Assembly (NCBI GenBank): GCA_023437345.1
Contig: JAEZGC010000233.1
Coordinates: 1-38,814, forward strand
Reading direction: 5' to 3'
Length of the DNA stretch: 38,814 bases
From: Actinomycetes bacterium
Lineage (GTDB): Bacteria; Actinomycetota; Actinomycetes; Propionibacteriales; Propionibacteriaceae
Shown: piece by piece, positions 1 to 8,392 of the stretch
Position numbering within the stretch: the first letter of the stretch is position 1
Layout of the letters: each line of letters opens with the position of its first letter
The notes under the pieces: generated by a model
Databases searched by the model: none
What the model was told of the DNA's origin: nothing
Seen by the model: the letters and a program-made list of their open reading frames with translations, nothing else
Made by a program: the position numbers and the translations under genes

Positions 1-18
1 GCCGCGGCCCGTCCGGGC

Positions 19-813
19 TCAGGCGTCCAGCAGCTCCAGCAGCCGGCGTCCGACCCCGGAATCGGCGTGGCTGCCGACCACCGGGAACCCGGTGTCCAGC
101 AGGCTCGGGTGGGCATTGCCCACCACGTGCGGCTGACCGGCCCAGGCCAGCATCCCGGCGTCGTTGGGCATGTCGCCGAAGGCTGCCACCTCGACGGCGT
201 CGATCCCCAGGCGTTCACACAGCGCGACCAGCGCCGACGCCTTCGACACCCCCGGGGCGCTGATCTCCACCACGCCGGGCACCTCGACAGCCGAGTGGGT
301 CACGGTGGCCAGGTCACCCACCAGCGCGAGGGCCTGCCCGGTCAGCTCCGCCGACGGGATGGTCGGGTGGAAGCCGAGCACCTTCAGCACGGGCTGGCTG
401 GTCGCCAGCAGGTCGGTAGTGACCGCGTCGGTTGCCGGGTCGGCAGCCGGGGTTCCCGGGTCGCAGCGGAAGCCGGCCACCGTCTCCACCCCCAGGTAGA
501 CCCCTGGCAGGCCGCGCCGCAGCCGGTCCACCACGTCGGCGGCGCAGTCCGGGGCGACGGCGTGGTAGTCGACGACCCTGTGCTCGGACAGGTCCCACAG
601 CACGGCACCGTTGGAGGCGATCACCAGCGGGTGGGCGGCATCCAGCCCGGCCAGCACGCCCAGCCAGCGGATCGGACGTCCGGTCGCCACCACGAAGGGG
701 ATGCCCAGTTCGGCTGCCCGGGTTGCTGCGGCGCGGTTCAGCGGGGAGATGGACCCGTCCGGGCTGAGGAAGGTGCCGTCCAGGTCTGTGACCACCAGCC
801 GCGGCCGGGCCAC
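19..813 (-). CDS. Cof-type HAD-superfamily hydrolase (subfamily IIB)
   Basis: HAD motifs DLDGT (I), ATGR (II), SK (III), GDMPND (IV); GTG start 1 nt after the stop of the upstream gene. Confidence 0.9.
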   Translation of the reverse strand: MARPRLVVTDLDGTFLSPDGSISPLNRAAATRAAELGIPFVVATGRPIRWLGVLAGLDAAHPLVIASNGAVLWDLSEHRVVDYHAVAPDCAADVVDRLRRGLPGVYLGVETVAGFRCDPGTPAADPATDAVTTDLLATSQPVLKVLGFHPTIPSAELTGQALALVGDLATVTHSAVEVPGVVEISAPGVSKASALVALCERLGIDAVEVAAFGDMPNDAGMLAWAGQPHVVGNAHPSLLDTGFPVVGSHADSGVGRRLLELLDA

Positions 814-814
814 G

Positions 815-1768
815 TCACAACCTTGAGTTCGGGGTGGGAGACCCCACCTGTCCCGACGGTGTCTCCCCGGGGGACGGCGAGCCCGACTGCGACGGGGACG
901 GCGAGCCGGTGGTCGGCGAAGGTGAGGCCGAGTCGGGCGAGGGCGACGGCGAGGCGGAGTCCGGTGAGGGGGATGCCGAGTCCGGCGACGGGGAGGCGGA
1001 ATCCGGCGACGGCGAGGCCGAGTCCGGCGACGGGGACCCTGTCGGCGGCGGGGAGCCGGTCGGCGGTGGCGTTGCGGTCGGCGGGACCGGCGGCGGCGGC
1101 GAGTCCGGCGGCGCCTGCTGGAAGATCAGGATCGCGATCAGGACGGCGAGCGCGGCCAGCAGCATCATGAGCAGCCACGAGGCGAGGATGCTCAACCAGC
1201 CGGCCCTGTCGTGCCGCCCCGGCCACGGCAGCGGCCACAGCCGCGACACCCCCGGACGGGTCCGCTCGATCCAGTGCAGCCGGTAGGCCGGCCCGGCCGG
1301 GGAGCCCTGCAGCGGCAGCCGCGACAGGTCGACCTCGGCAAGGATCCGGTCCGCCTCCGCCAGCGCGGCGGGGCTCGCGTCGTAGGCCAGCGCCACCCAC
1401 GGGGCGAGCGGGGCGTCGTCGGGACCCACCGGGTCGTCGTCCTCGGACCGGCTGCGGTGGCCCAGCCTGCCGTCGGCCTGGCCATGGCCGCCGCGGGCCA
1501 GGACGGTGTCGATGTGCAGCTTGTTGACCACCCCGGCCAGCCGGTCACGGGCCGCCGGGTCGGCGGCCGCGCCCTCCGACAGCAGCACCAGCATCACCGA
1601 CGTGGACTGCTCGTCGTGCGCGACGTAGGCAACGCCGGACGGGGACGCGGTCAGCCGGGCGTCCAGCCAGTAGTCGCCCACCCGCGGCGGGTCGTCGCGC
1701 CACAGCGGAGACAGGCGCGGGGCACCGGCGTCAGCTCCGGTGCCGGCGGGCGGCTCTGGCGTGGTCAT
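815..1768 (-). CDS. Membrane protein: degenerate Ser/Thr-kinase-like N-lobe, one TM helix, Pro/Ser-rich tail
   Basis: Start re-called to ATG 1768 (TACGAT -10 8 nt upstream); DDPPRVGDYWLDARL..GVAYVA..PWVALAY resembles actinobacterial STPK N-termini; hydrophobic segment WLSILASWLLMMLLAALAVLIAILIF; DSASPSP repeats. Confidence 0.75.
   Translation of the reverse strand: MTTPEPPAGTGADAGAPRLSPLWRDDPPRVGDYWLDARLTASPSGVAYVAHDEQSTSVMLVLLSEGAAADPAARDRLAGVVNKLHIDTVLARGGHGQADGRLGHRSRSEDDDPVGPDDAPLAPWVALAYDASPAALAEADRILAEVDLSRLPLQGSPAGPAYRLHWIERTRPGVSRLWPLPWPGRHDRAGWLSILASWLLMMLLAALAVLIAILIFQQAPPDSPPPPVPPTATPPPTGSPPPTGSPSPDSASPSPDSASPSPDSASPSPDSASPSPSPDSASPSPTTGSPSPSQSGSPSPGETPSGQVGSPTPNSRL
915..1036. repeat. 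Coding tandem repeat, five 21-nt units (DSASPSP on the minus strand) plus a partial unit
   Basis: Units at 915, 942, 963, 984 and 1005, e.g. GGCGACGGCGAGGCCGAGTCC, differing at synonymous positions; 6-nt insert at 936-941. Confidence 0.85.
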
Positions 1769-1947
1769 CGCGTCCCATCGTAGGAGCGGGCGGGCCCCGC
1801 CTCCGCCGACCATTGTGCCAGCCGCCCGGACGGCCCCCGTCGGGTCCACGGCCACGCCACAGCCGGGCCACAGGAGGCTTGCACGACGGGCGGTATCGTG
1901 GTCGCCACACGTCAAGTCAGCAACTCCCACCAAGCCAGGAGCGCCGC

Positions 1948-3084
1948 GTGACCAACCCGATCCAGCCGCCGCCGGGATACCCGCCGCCACAGCGTCCGCT
2001 GCCGCCGCAGAGCCCGCCCTCCGGGCCCCCGCCGGCCCCGGCGGCCAACCCGGAGATCGCCGCCTCGGCGAAGCTGTTGGGTGAGGCGATAGCCCAGGTG
2101 CAGCGGGTGATCGTGGGCCAGGAGCACATGGTCGAGCAGCTGATGGTGGGGCTGCTGGCGAAGGGCCACGTGCTGCTCGAGGGCGTGCCGGGGGTGGCGA
2201 AGACGCTGGCCGTCCGCTCCTTCGCGACAGTGGTGGGGGGCGACTTCGCCCGCATCCAGTTCACCCCCGACCTGGTCCCGTCCGACATCGTGGGCACCCG
2301 GATCTACTCGGCCAGCCAGGAGAAGTTCGACACCGCGCTGGGCCCGGTGTTCGTGAACTTCGTGCTGGCCGACGAGATCAACCGCGCACCGGCCAAGGTG
2401 CAGTCGGCGATGCTCGAGCTGATGGCCGAGCGGCAGGTGTCCATCGGCGGCACCACCCACCCGGTGCCCGACCCGTTCATCGTGATCGCCACCCAGAACC
2501 CGATCGAGTCCGAAGGCGTCTACCCGCTGCCCGAGGCGCAGCGGGACAGGTTCCTGCTCAAGGTGGACGTACCCTACCCGCGCGGCAACGAGGAGTTCGA
2601 GATCCTCCGCCGGATGAGCGTGAACCCGCCCAAGCCGAGCCCGGTGCTCGACCCCGACAAGGTGCGGACGCTGCAGGCGCAGGCGTCCGGGGTGTTCGTC
2701 CACAACCTCGTCGCCGAGTACATAGTCAGGCTGGTGCTGGCGACCCGCACCCCCGACGAGTTCGGCATGCCCGACCTCGTCCCGGTGATCCAGGTGGGCT
2801 GCTCGCCGCGCGCCACCCTCGGCCTGGTCGCCGCCGCGCGTGCGCTGGCGTTGATCCACGGCCGCGACTACGTCCTGCCCACTGATGTGCAGTCGATAGC
2901 CAAGGACGTCATGGCGCACCGCTTCGTGCTCGGCTTCGACGCCGTCGCCGACAACATCACCCCGGCTCAGGTCGTGGAGCGGATCGTCGCCATGGTGCCC
3001 CCGCCCACCCCGGTGTGGAACCAGCAGCAGCGCCAGCCCGCCGCTCCCGGCCAGCACCGGTTCGCCCCCGACGGCAGGGGCTGA
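1948..3084 (+). CDS. moxR: MoxR-family AAA+ ATPase
   Basis: Walker A GVPGVAKT, RIQFTPDLVPSDIVG, Walker B LADEINRAPAKVQSA, ATQNPIE, LPEAQRDRF; AGGAG RBS before GTG 1948. Confidence 0.93.
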   Translation: MTNPIQPPPGYPPPQRPLPPQSPPSGPPPAPAANPEIAASAKLLGEAIAQVQRVIVGQEHMVEQLMVGLLAKGHVLLEGVPGVAKTLAVRSFATVVGGDFARIQFTPDLVPSDIVGTRIYSASQEKFDTALGPVFVNFVLADEINRAPAKVQSAMLELMAERQVSIGGTTHPVPDPFIVIATQNPIESEGVYPLPEAQRDRFLLKVDVPYPRGNEEFEILRRMSVNPPKPSPVLDPDKVRTLQAQASGVFVHNLVAEYIVRLVLATRTPDEFGMPDLVPVIQVGCSPRATLGLVAAARALALIHGRDYVLPTDVQSIAKDVMAHRFVLGFDAVADNITPAQVVERIVAMVPPPTPVWNQQQRQPAAPGQHRFAPDGRG

Positions 3085-3092
3085 GGCCGGCA

Positions 3093-4142
3093 GTGACCCT
3101 CGTGCCCGGCTTCGCCCCGCCGCCCGACGACCTTGGTGCGGTGCGGTCGGTGCTGCGCGAGCCCACCGCCCCCACCCTGCCGCTGCACAAGCTGGCGCCC
3201 GAGGCGGCGTTGCGGCGCCTGGAACTGACTGTGGTGCGCCGCCTGGAGGGCTTCCTGCACGGCGACCACCAGGGCCTGCTGCCCGGGCCGGGCTCGGAGT
3301 CCAGCGACGCCCGGGAGTACGTCCCGGGTCAGGACGACGTCCGCAAGATGGACTGGGCGGTCACCGCGCGGACGACCGTCCCGCACGTCCGCGACACGAT
3401 CGCCGACCGGGAACTCGAGGTGTGGGCGCTGCTGGACGTCACTCCGTCGATGAACTGGGGCACCGAGGGCGTCACCAAGCGTGACCTGGGGATTGCCGCG
3501 GTCGCCACCATCGGGTTCCTGTCGCAGAAGATGGGAGACCGGTTCGGCGGTCTGGTCATGCGGCCGGACGCGATCCGGCGGCTCCCGGCCCGGTCCGGGC
3601 GGACCGCGCTGTACGGGTTGTTGCGCCGGATGCTCACCGAACCGATAGTCGCCGACCACACCACAGGGCCGTTCTCGCTGGCGGAGGGGATCGAGAAGCT
3701 TGCCCGGACCGAACGGCGCCGCGGGATGCGGCTGGTGGTCTCCGACTTCATGACCGCCGGCGACTACGAGCTCGACGCCAACGTGCCGCCGGACTGGGAA
3801 CGGTCGATGCGCCGGCTCGCGATCCGCAACCAGGTTCTCGCCGTCGAGGTGGTGGACTCCCACGAGACCAACTTCCCCGACGTCGGCGACCTGCTCATCC
3901 GTGACCCGGAGACCAACTTCGAGCGGTACGTGAACACCAGCGACGAGGCGGCACGGCAGCGGATGGACGCGGCCGCCGCCGCCCAGCGCGAGCGCATCAG
4001 GGTGGCGCTGCGCCGGGCCGGGGTCGCCCACATCCAGCTGCGCACCGACCGGGACTGGGTCCACGACATCGCCAGGTTCGTGCTGTCCTACCGGCGGACT
4101 GCCGCGATGCTGCACCAGCCGCCGCAGGGGGTGAGCAAATGA
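3093..4142 (+). CDS. DUF58 domain protein (MoxR-associated)
   Basis: REYVPGQDDVRKMDWAVTAR, LLDVTPSM and VVSDF motifs; directly after moxR; start uncertain. Confidence 0.88.
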   Translation: MTLVPGFAPPPDDLGAVRSVLREPTAPTLPLHKLAPEAALRRLELTVVRRLEGFLHGDHQGLLPGPGSESSDAREYVPGQDDVRKMDWAVTARTTVPHVRDTIADRELEVWALLDVTPSMNWGTEGVTKRDLGIAAVATIGFLSQKMGDRFGGLVMRPDAIRRLPARSGRTALYGLLRRMLTEPIVADHTTGPFSLAEGIEKLARTERRRGMRLVVSDFMTAGDYELDANVPPDWERSMRRLAIRNQVLAVEVVDSHETNFPDVGDLLIRDPETNFERYVNTSDEAARQRMDAAAAAQRERIRVALRRAGVAHIQLRTDRDWVHDIARFVLSYRRTAAMLHQPPQGVSK

Positions 4143-5098
4143 TGTTCGAGCTCAGCTTCCTCAACCCCGAGCGACTCTGGGTGCTCCTGGTCGTGCCGCT
4201 GCTGGTCGCCGGATACGTGGCCGCCGTCCTGGCCAAGAAGAAGACCGGGATCCGCTACACCAACACCACCCTGCTCTCCCGGGTCGTGACCAAGCAGTCG
4301 CAGTGGCGCCGCCACCTCGCGGTCGGGCTGTCGCTGGCCGCTCTTGTCGCGCTCGGTGCGGCGTGGGCGCGTCCCAACGGCATCGACATGGTGCCGCGGG
4401 AGCGCGCCACAGTCGTGCTGGTGATCGACATCTCGCAGTCAATGCAGGCCACCGACGTCAAGCCGAACCGGCTGGACGCCGCCAAGCAGGCAGCGGTCGG
4501 CTTCGTGAAGGAACTGCCTGAGCAGTACAACATCGCCGTCGTCAGCCTGTCCGGCAACCCGTCGGTACGGCTGCCGCCGACCCTGGACAGGGTGATGGCC
4601 CAGCAGGCGATCAGCAGCCTGCGGGTGCAGGACTCGACCTCGGTGGGGGAGAGCATCTACACGGCGCTGGCTGCGCTGCAGATGGCGCCGCGGGGCGAGG
4701 ACGGCTCGCTCGCGCCGGGCGCGATTGTGCTGCTGAGCGACGGCCAGAACACTGCAGGACGGGCGCCGTCCCAGGCCGCCAACGAGGCCCGCAAGGCCGA
4801 GGTGCCGGTCTACACGATCGCCTACGGCACCACCAACGGCTACGTCGACCTGGACGGGAAGCGGGAGCCCGTGCCGCCCGACGCGGAGCTGTTGCGCACC
4901 ATCTCGTCGATGACCGGCGGCGACTCCTACCAGGCCGAGAGCCTGCCGGAGCTGGAGCGGGTGTACTCCAACATCCGCAGCGAGGTCGGGATGGTGCCGG
5001 TCAAGAAGGAGACCACTGCGCTGTGGGCCGGCTACGGTCTTGCCTTCGCGGTGGTGGCCGCGCTGGCCGCGGTGTCGCTGGGAGCGAGGTGGCCGTGA
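4139..5098 (+). CDS. vWA-domain membrane protein (BatA/Rv1481-like), copy 1
   Basis: N-terminal FLNPERLW plus TM helices, MIDAS DISQS, NRLDAAK, LLSDG, C-terminal TM; ATGA overlap with DUF58 stop. Confidence 0.9.
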   Translation: MMFELSFLNPERLWVLLVVPLLVAGYVAAVLAKKKTGIRYTNTTLLSRVVTKQSQWRRHLAVGLSLAALVALGAAWARPNGIDMVPRERATVVLVIDISQSMQATDVKPNRLDAAKQAAVGFVKELPEQYNIAVVSLSGNPSVRLPPTLDRVMAQQAISSLRVQDSTSVGESIYTALAALQMAPRGEDGSLAPGAIVLLSDGQNTAGRAPSQAANEARKAEVPVYTIAYGTTNGYVDLDGKREPVPPDAELLRTISSMTGGDSYQAESLPELERVYSNIRSEVGMVPVKKETTALWAGYGLAFAVVAALAAVSLGARWP

Positions 5099-6060
5099 TG
5101 GAACCCTGGATCGAGTTCATGCGTCCCGAGCGGCTGTGGTGGCTGCTGCTGATCCCCGTCCTGCTGTTGCTGTACCTGGGGCTGCTGTGGCGCCGCCGGT
5201 CGCGGGCCAGGTCGCGAGCGATAGGACGACTGGAACGGGTGCTGCCCCAGCAGCAGGCGTGGAAGCGGCACCTCGCTGTCGGTGCAGCGGTGCTGTCGCT
5301 GGCAGCGTTGAACGTGGCCTACGCCCAGCCCAAGGGCGAGGTGGACGTGCCGCGCGACCGGGCCACCGTCGTGCTGACCATCGACATCTCGCGCTCGATG
5401 ATCGCCGAGGACGTCTCCCCGAACCGGCTGGAGGCGGCGAAGGCTGCAGCACAGGACTTCCTGGGCATGCTCCCGACCGGCTTCAACGTGGCGCTGGTGA
5501 GCTTCGCTGCGACGGCGGCGGTGATCGTGCCGCCGACCACCGACCGCGGCGTGGTGGGGGCCGCGATCCAGAACCTCGAGGTGGCCCCGTCCACTGCCAT
5601 CGGGGAGGGGATCTACTCGGCGCTGGACGCGATGGCGCAGGCCCCGCCCGATCCCGAGCACCCCGATGAGCCGGCACCCGGCGCGATAGTCCTGCTCAGC
5701 GACGGCTACACCAACATCGGACGCCCCTCGGCCACCGCGGCCCGCGACGCCAAGGCTTCCGATATCCCGATCTACACGATCGCCTACGGCACTCCCGGTG
5801 GCTACGTGGAGAGCGGGGGTCGAAGGGAGCCCGTCCCGGTGAACCACGTCGAACTGGAGGAGGTTGCCAGGATCTCCGGCGGCAAGAAGTTCTCGGCCGG
5901 GTCGAGTGGCGAACTGCGTCAGGTGTACGAGTCGATCGCCAACACCGTCGGCTACGTCAAGGAGGACCGGGAGGTCACCGAGCAGTACGCCGGGTATGCC
6001 CTCGCCTTTGCCCTGCTGGCCTCGCTGGCTGTCGCCTCCCTGGCCGCCCGCTGGCCCTGA
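5098..6060 (+). CDS. vWA-domain membrane protein (BatA/Rv1481-like), copy 2
   Basis: FMRPERLW, MIDAS DISRS, NRLEAAK, TAIGEG, LLSDG; start (ATG 5098 or GTG 5095) overlaps previous stop. Confidence 0.9.
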   Translation: MEPWIEFMRPERLWWLLLIPVLLLLYLGLLWRRRSRARSRAIGRLERVLPQQQAWKRHLAVGAAVLSLAALNVAYAQPKGEVDVPRDRATVVLTIDISRSMIAEDVSPNRLEAAKAAAQDFLGMLPTGFNVALVSFAATAAVIVPPTTDRGVVGAAIQNLEVAPSTAIGEGIYSALDAMAQAPPDPEHPDEPAPGAIVLLSDGYTNIGRPSATAARDAKASDIPIYTIAYGTPGGYVESGGRREPVPVNHVELEEVARISGGKKFSAGSSGELRQVYESIANTVGYVKEDREVTEQYAGYALAFALLASLAVASLAARWP

Positions 6061-6110
6061 CCCTCCACCGCGTGCTCCAGGCCCTCGTCCAGCCCTCCCC
6101 CCCACACCGC

Positions 6111-6213
6111 GAGGACTCCCGACCCGGCCGAGACCTCCCAACCCGCCGAGCGCTCCTGAGGCCGCCGAGACCTCCCTCCGGGAGGGAGCGTTCAGCGACG
6201 ACGGGAGCGCTCG
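6111..6213. repeat. Intergenic degenerate 18-19 nt tandem repeat with nested palindromes (REP-like)
   Basis: Units starting 6111, 6130, 6148, 6167 (GAGACCTCCC-like); palindrome CTCCCTCC-G-GGAGGGAG 6172-6188; IR CGAGCGCTCC 6147-6156 / GGAGCGCTCG 6204-6213. Confidence 0.55.
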
Positions 6214-6292
6214 CCGCGGGGATCCGAGCAGGGGACAGCTCGGGCGAGAGCGTCCGCCGTGGGGGTGACTGGTGCTGCTGGGGCTCGTGGGG

Positions 6293-6355
6293 CAGAATGA
6301 GGCATCTCCTTCGCTTCGGAGATTCGCTGGGGAAGGCACATCTCAGCGAAGGGGA
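6293..6355 (+). promoter_or_regulatory. Putative -10 (CAGAAT) and SD-sequestering 5' UTR hairpin of the DUF3145 gene
   Basis: 6305-6315 pairs with 6345-6355 (includes AAGGGGA SD); 6319-6323 pairs with 6340-6344. Confidence 0.5.
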
Positions 6356-6360
6356 CACCG

Positions 6361-6858
6361 ATGGACAGCACGCGCGGGATCATCCTGATCCACTCAGCGC
6401 CGACTGCGCTCTGCCCGCACATCGAGTGGGCGGTGAGCGCCGCTGTGGGGTCCCCGGTCCGCTTCGACTGGACGCCGCAACCCGCTGAGCCGCGCGCCCT
6501 GCGCGGCGAGATCGTCTGGTCCGGCGCCCCGGGCACCGGTGCGACCATCACGTCCGCCCTGACCCGCTGCGAGCGGCTGCGGTTCGAGGTGACCGAGGAG
6601 GCCACCCGGACGACCGAGGCGATGCGCTGGGCCTACACCCCGCGACTGGGGGTCTTCTCGGCGGTGATGGGCCTCAACGGCGACATCCTGGTGCACGAGA
6701 ACCGGCTCAAGCGGGCGCTGATCTCGCAGGCCATCGGGGGCAAGCCGCTGCAGGAAGCGCTGCAGGACCTGCTGGGCACCGACTGGGACGACGAGCTGGA
6801 GGTGTTCCGGCACGCCAGCGAGGACGCCCCGGTCCGCTGGCTCCACCGGGTGAGCTGA
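6361..6858 (+). CDS. DUF3145 family protein
   Basis: TRGIILIHSAPTALCPHIEWAV, LRFEVTEE and C-terminal WDDELEVFRHASEDAPVRWLH signature; usual position beside actinobacterial fab cluster. Confidence 0.88.
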   Translation: MDSTRGIILIHSAPTALCPHIEWAVSAAVGSPVRFDWTPQPAEPRALRGEIVWSGAPGTGATITSALTRCERLRFEVTEEATRTTEAMRWAYTPRLGVFSAVMGLNGDILVHENRLKRALISQAIGGKPLQEALQDLLGTDWDDELEVFRHASEDAPVRWLHRVS

Positions 6859-6868
6859 GGCCGCCCGC

Positions 6869-6931
6869 AAACCGGTGCCAGACCGCCGGCTGAAGGCAAT
6901 ACTCCCTCGGGCGGCTGGTTTCCCCCGGTTT
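6869..6931. terminator. Long hairpin between convergent DUF3145 and accD, probable bidirectional terminator
   Basis: AAACCGG 6869-6875 / CCGGTTT 6925-6931; CCAG-a-CCGCC 6878-6887 / GGCGG-CTGG 6910-6918. Confidence 0.5.
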
Positions 6932-6967
6932 CCGCGCAGACGCAGCGTGTGCCCCGCTGACGCGGGG

Positions 6968-8392
6968 TTACAAAGGAATGTTCGTGTGTACTCCTCGGAC
7001 GCCGGTGTCGGCGGTCCGGATCGCCTCGGCGATGGCCGAACGGGTACGGCTCGGGGAGATGATCTCGTCCACCACGCCGATCTCGACAGCCTTGTCCACC
7101 CCGCCGGCGATCCGCTCGTGCTCGGCGGCCAACTCTGCCTCCACACCTGCCACCATGTCGGGGGCGATCTCGGCCAGCTTGCGGCGGTGCAGGATCCGGA
7201 TCGCTGCCACCGACCCCATCACCGCGATCTCCGCGCTCGGCCAGGCGAACACCCTGGTGGCCCCCAGCGAGCGGGAGTTCATCGCGATGTAGGCGCCGCC
7301 GTAGGCTTTGCGGGTCACCAGCGTCACCCGGGGGACCGAGGCCTCGGAGAAGGCGTGCAGCAGCTTCGCGCCGCGGCGCACCACGCCGTCCCACTCCTGG
7401 CCGACACCGGGCAGGTAGCCGGGCACGTCCACCACCACGACCAGCGGTACCCCGAAGGTGTCGCACAGCCTGACGAACCGGGCGGCCTTCTCCGCGCTGA
7501 GCGAGTCCAGGCAGCCGCCAAGGCGCAGCGGGTTGTTCGCCACCACCCCGACGGTGCGCCCCGCCAACCTGCCGAAGGCGATGGTGATGTTCGGTGCCCA
7601 GCGGGCGTGCAGCTCGAAGGTGGAGCCCTCGTCCAGGATGCCGTTCAGCAGCGGGTGGACGTCGTAGGCCCGCTTCGGCGACTCGGGCAGCAGCTCCGAC
7701 AGGTCAGGGTCGGGAACCTCGGCGCTGATCGCGCCTTGGGCTGCCAGCAGGGTGGCAAGGGCCCGGCCGCGGGCCAGCGCGTCAGCCTCGTTGTCGGCCA
7801 CCACGTGCACCACGCCGGAGCGCCGCTCGTGGGTGTCGGGGCCGCCCAGGCGTTCCATGTCGACGTCCTCGCCGGTCACCGACCTGACGACGTCAGGGCC
7901 GGTGACGAAGATCCGCCCGGTCGGGGCGATGATCACCACGTCGGTGAGCGCCGGACCGTAGGCGGCGCCGCCGGCGGCCGCCCCCAGCACTATCGAGATC
8001 TGCGGGATCTTGCCCGAGGCCTGGGTCATCGCGTGGAAGATCCGGCCCACCGCGTGCAGGCTGAGGACGCCCTCGGCGAGCCGGGCCCCACCGGAGTGCC
8101 AGATCCCCAGGATCGGCACCCGGTCGACCATCGCCCTGCGGTAGGCCTGCACGACGGCCTCGCAGCCGTCCACCCCCATCGCCCCGCCCATGATCGTGGC
8201 GTCGGAACAGAACGCGACCACGGGCGAACCGTTGATCGAGCCCGTGGCGGCCAGCATTCCGGAGCCGTCGTCGGGGGTGATCAGGGACAGCGAGCCCGGG
8301 TCGAGCAGCGCTGCCAACCGGTGGTTGGGGTTGCGCGGATCCGCCTCGCGGGGCAGCCTCGCCGGTCGGGCCGGCGCCGGGGCCTGGGTCAT
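6968..8392 (-). CDS. accD: Acyl-CoA carboxylase carboxyltransferase beta subunit (AccD6-like)
   Basis: HSGGARLAEG, GAAAGGAAYGPALTD, GGCLDSLSAEKAARF, DVPGYLPG, RKAYGGAY; last gene of fab operon, ATGA overlap with fabF. Confidence 0.92.
   Translation of the reverse strand: MTQAPAPARPARLPREADPRNPNHRLAALLDPGSLSLITPDDGSGMLAATGSINGSPVVAFCSDATIMGGAMGVDGCEAVVQAYRRAMVDRVPILGIWHSGGARLAEGVLSLHAVGRIFHAMTQASGKIPQISIVLGAAAGGAAYGPALTDVVIIAPTGRIFVTGPDVVRSVTGEDVDMERLGGPDTHERRSGVVHVVADNEADALARGRALATLLAAQGAISAEVPDPDLSELLPESPKRAYDVHPLLNGILDEGSTFELHARWAPNITIAFGRLAGRTVGVVANNPLRLGGCLDSLSAEKAARFVRLCDTFGVPLVVVVDVPGYLPGVGQEWDGVVRRGAKLLHAFSEASVPRVTLVTRKAYGGAYIAMNSRSLGATRVFAWPSAEIAVMGSVAAIRILHRRKLAEIAPDMVAGVEAELAAEHERIAGGVDKAVEIGVVDEIISPSRTRSAIAEAIRTADTGVRGVHTNIPL

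Noticed and set aside
815..1990. Active Ser/Thr protein kinase, and the longer 391-aa start
   Set aside because: No catalytic Lys, HRD or DFG; the extension would overlap the moxR start, and a -10 box supports ATG 1768
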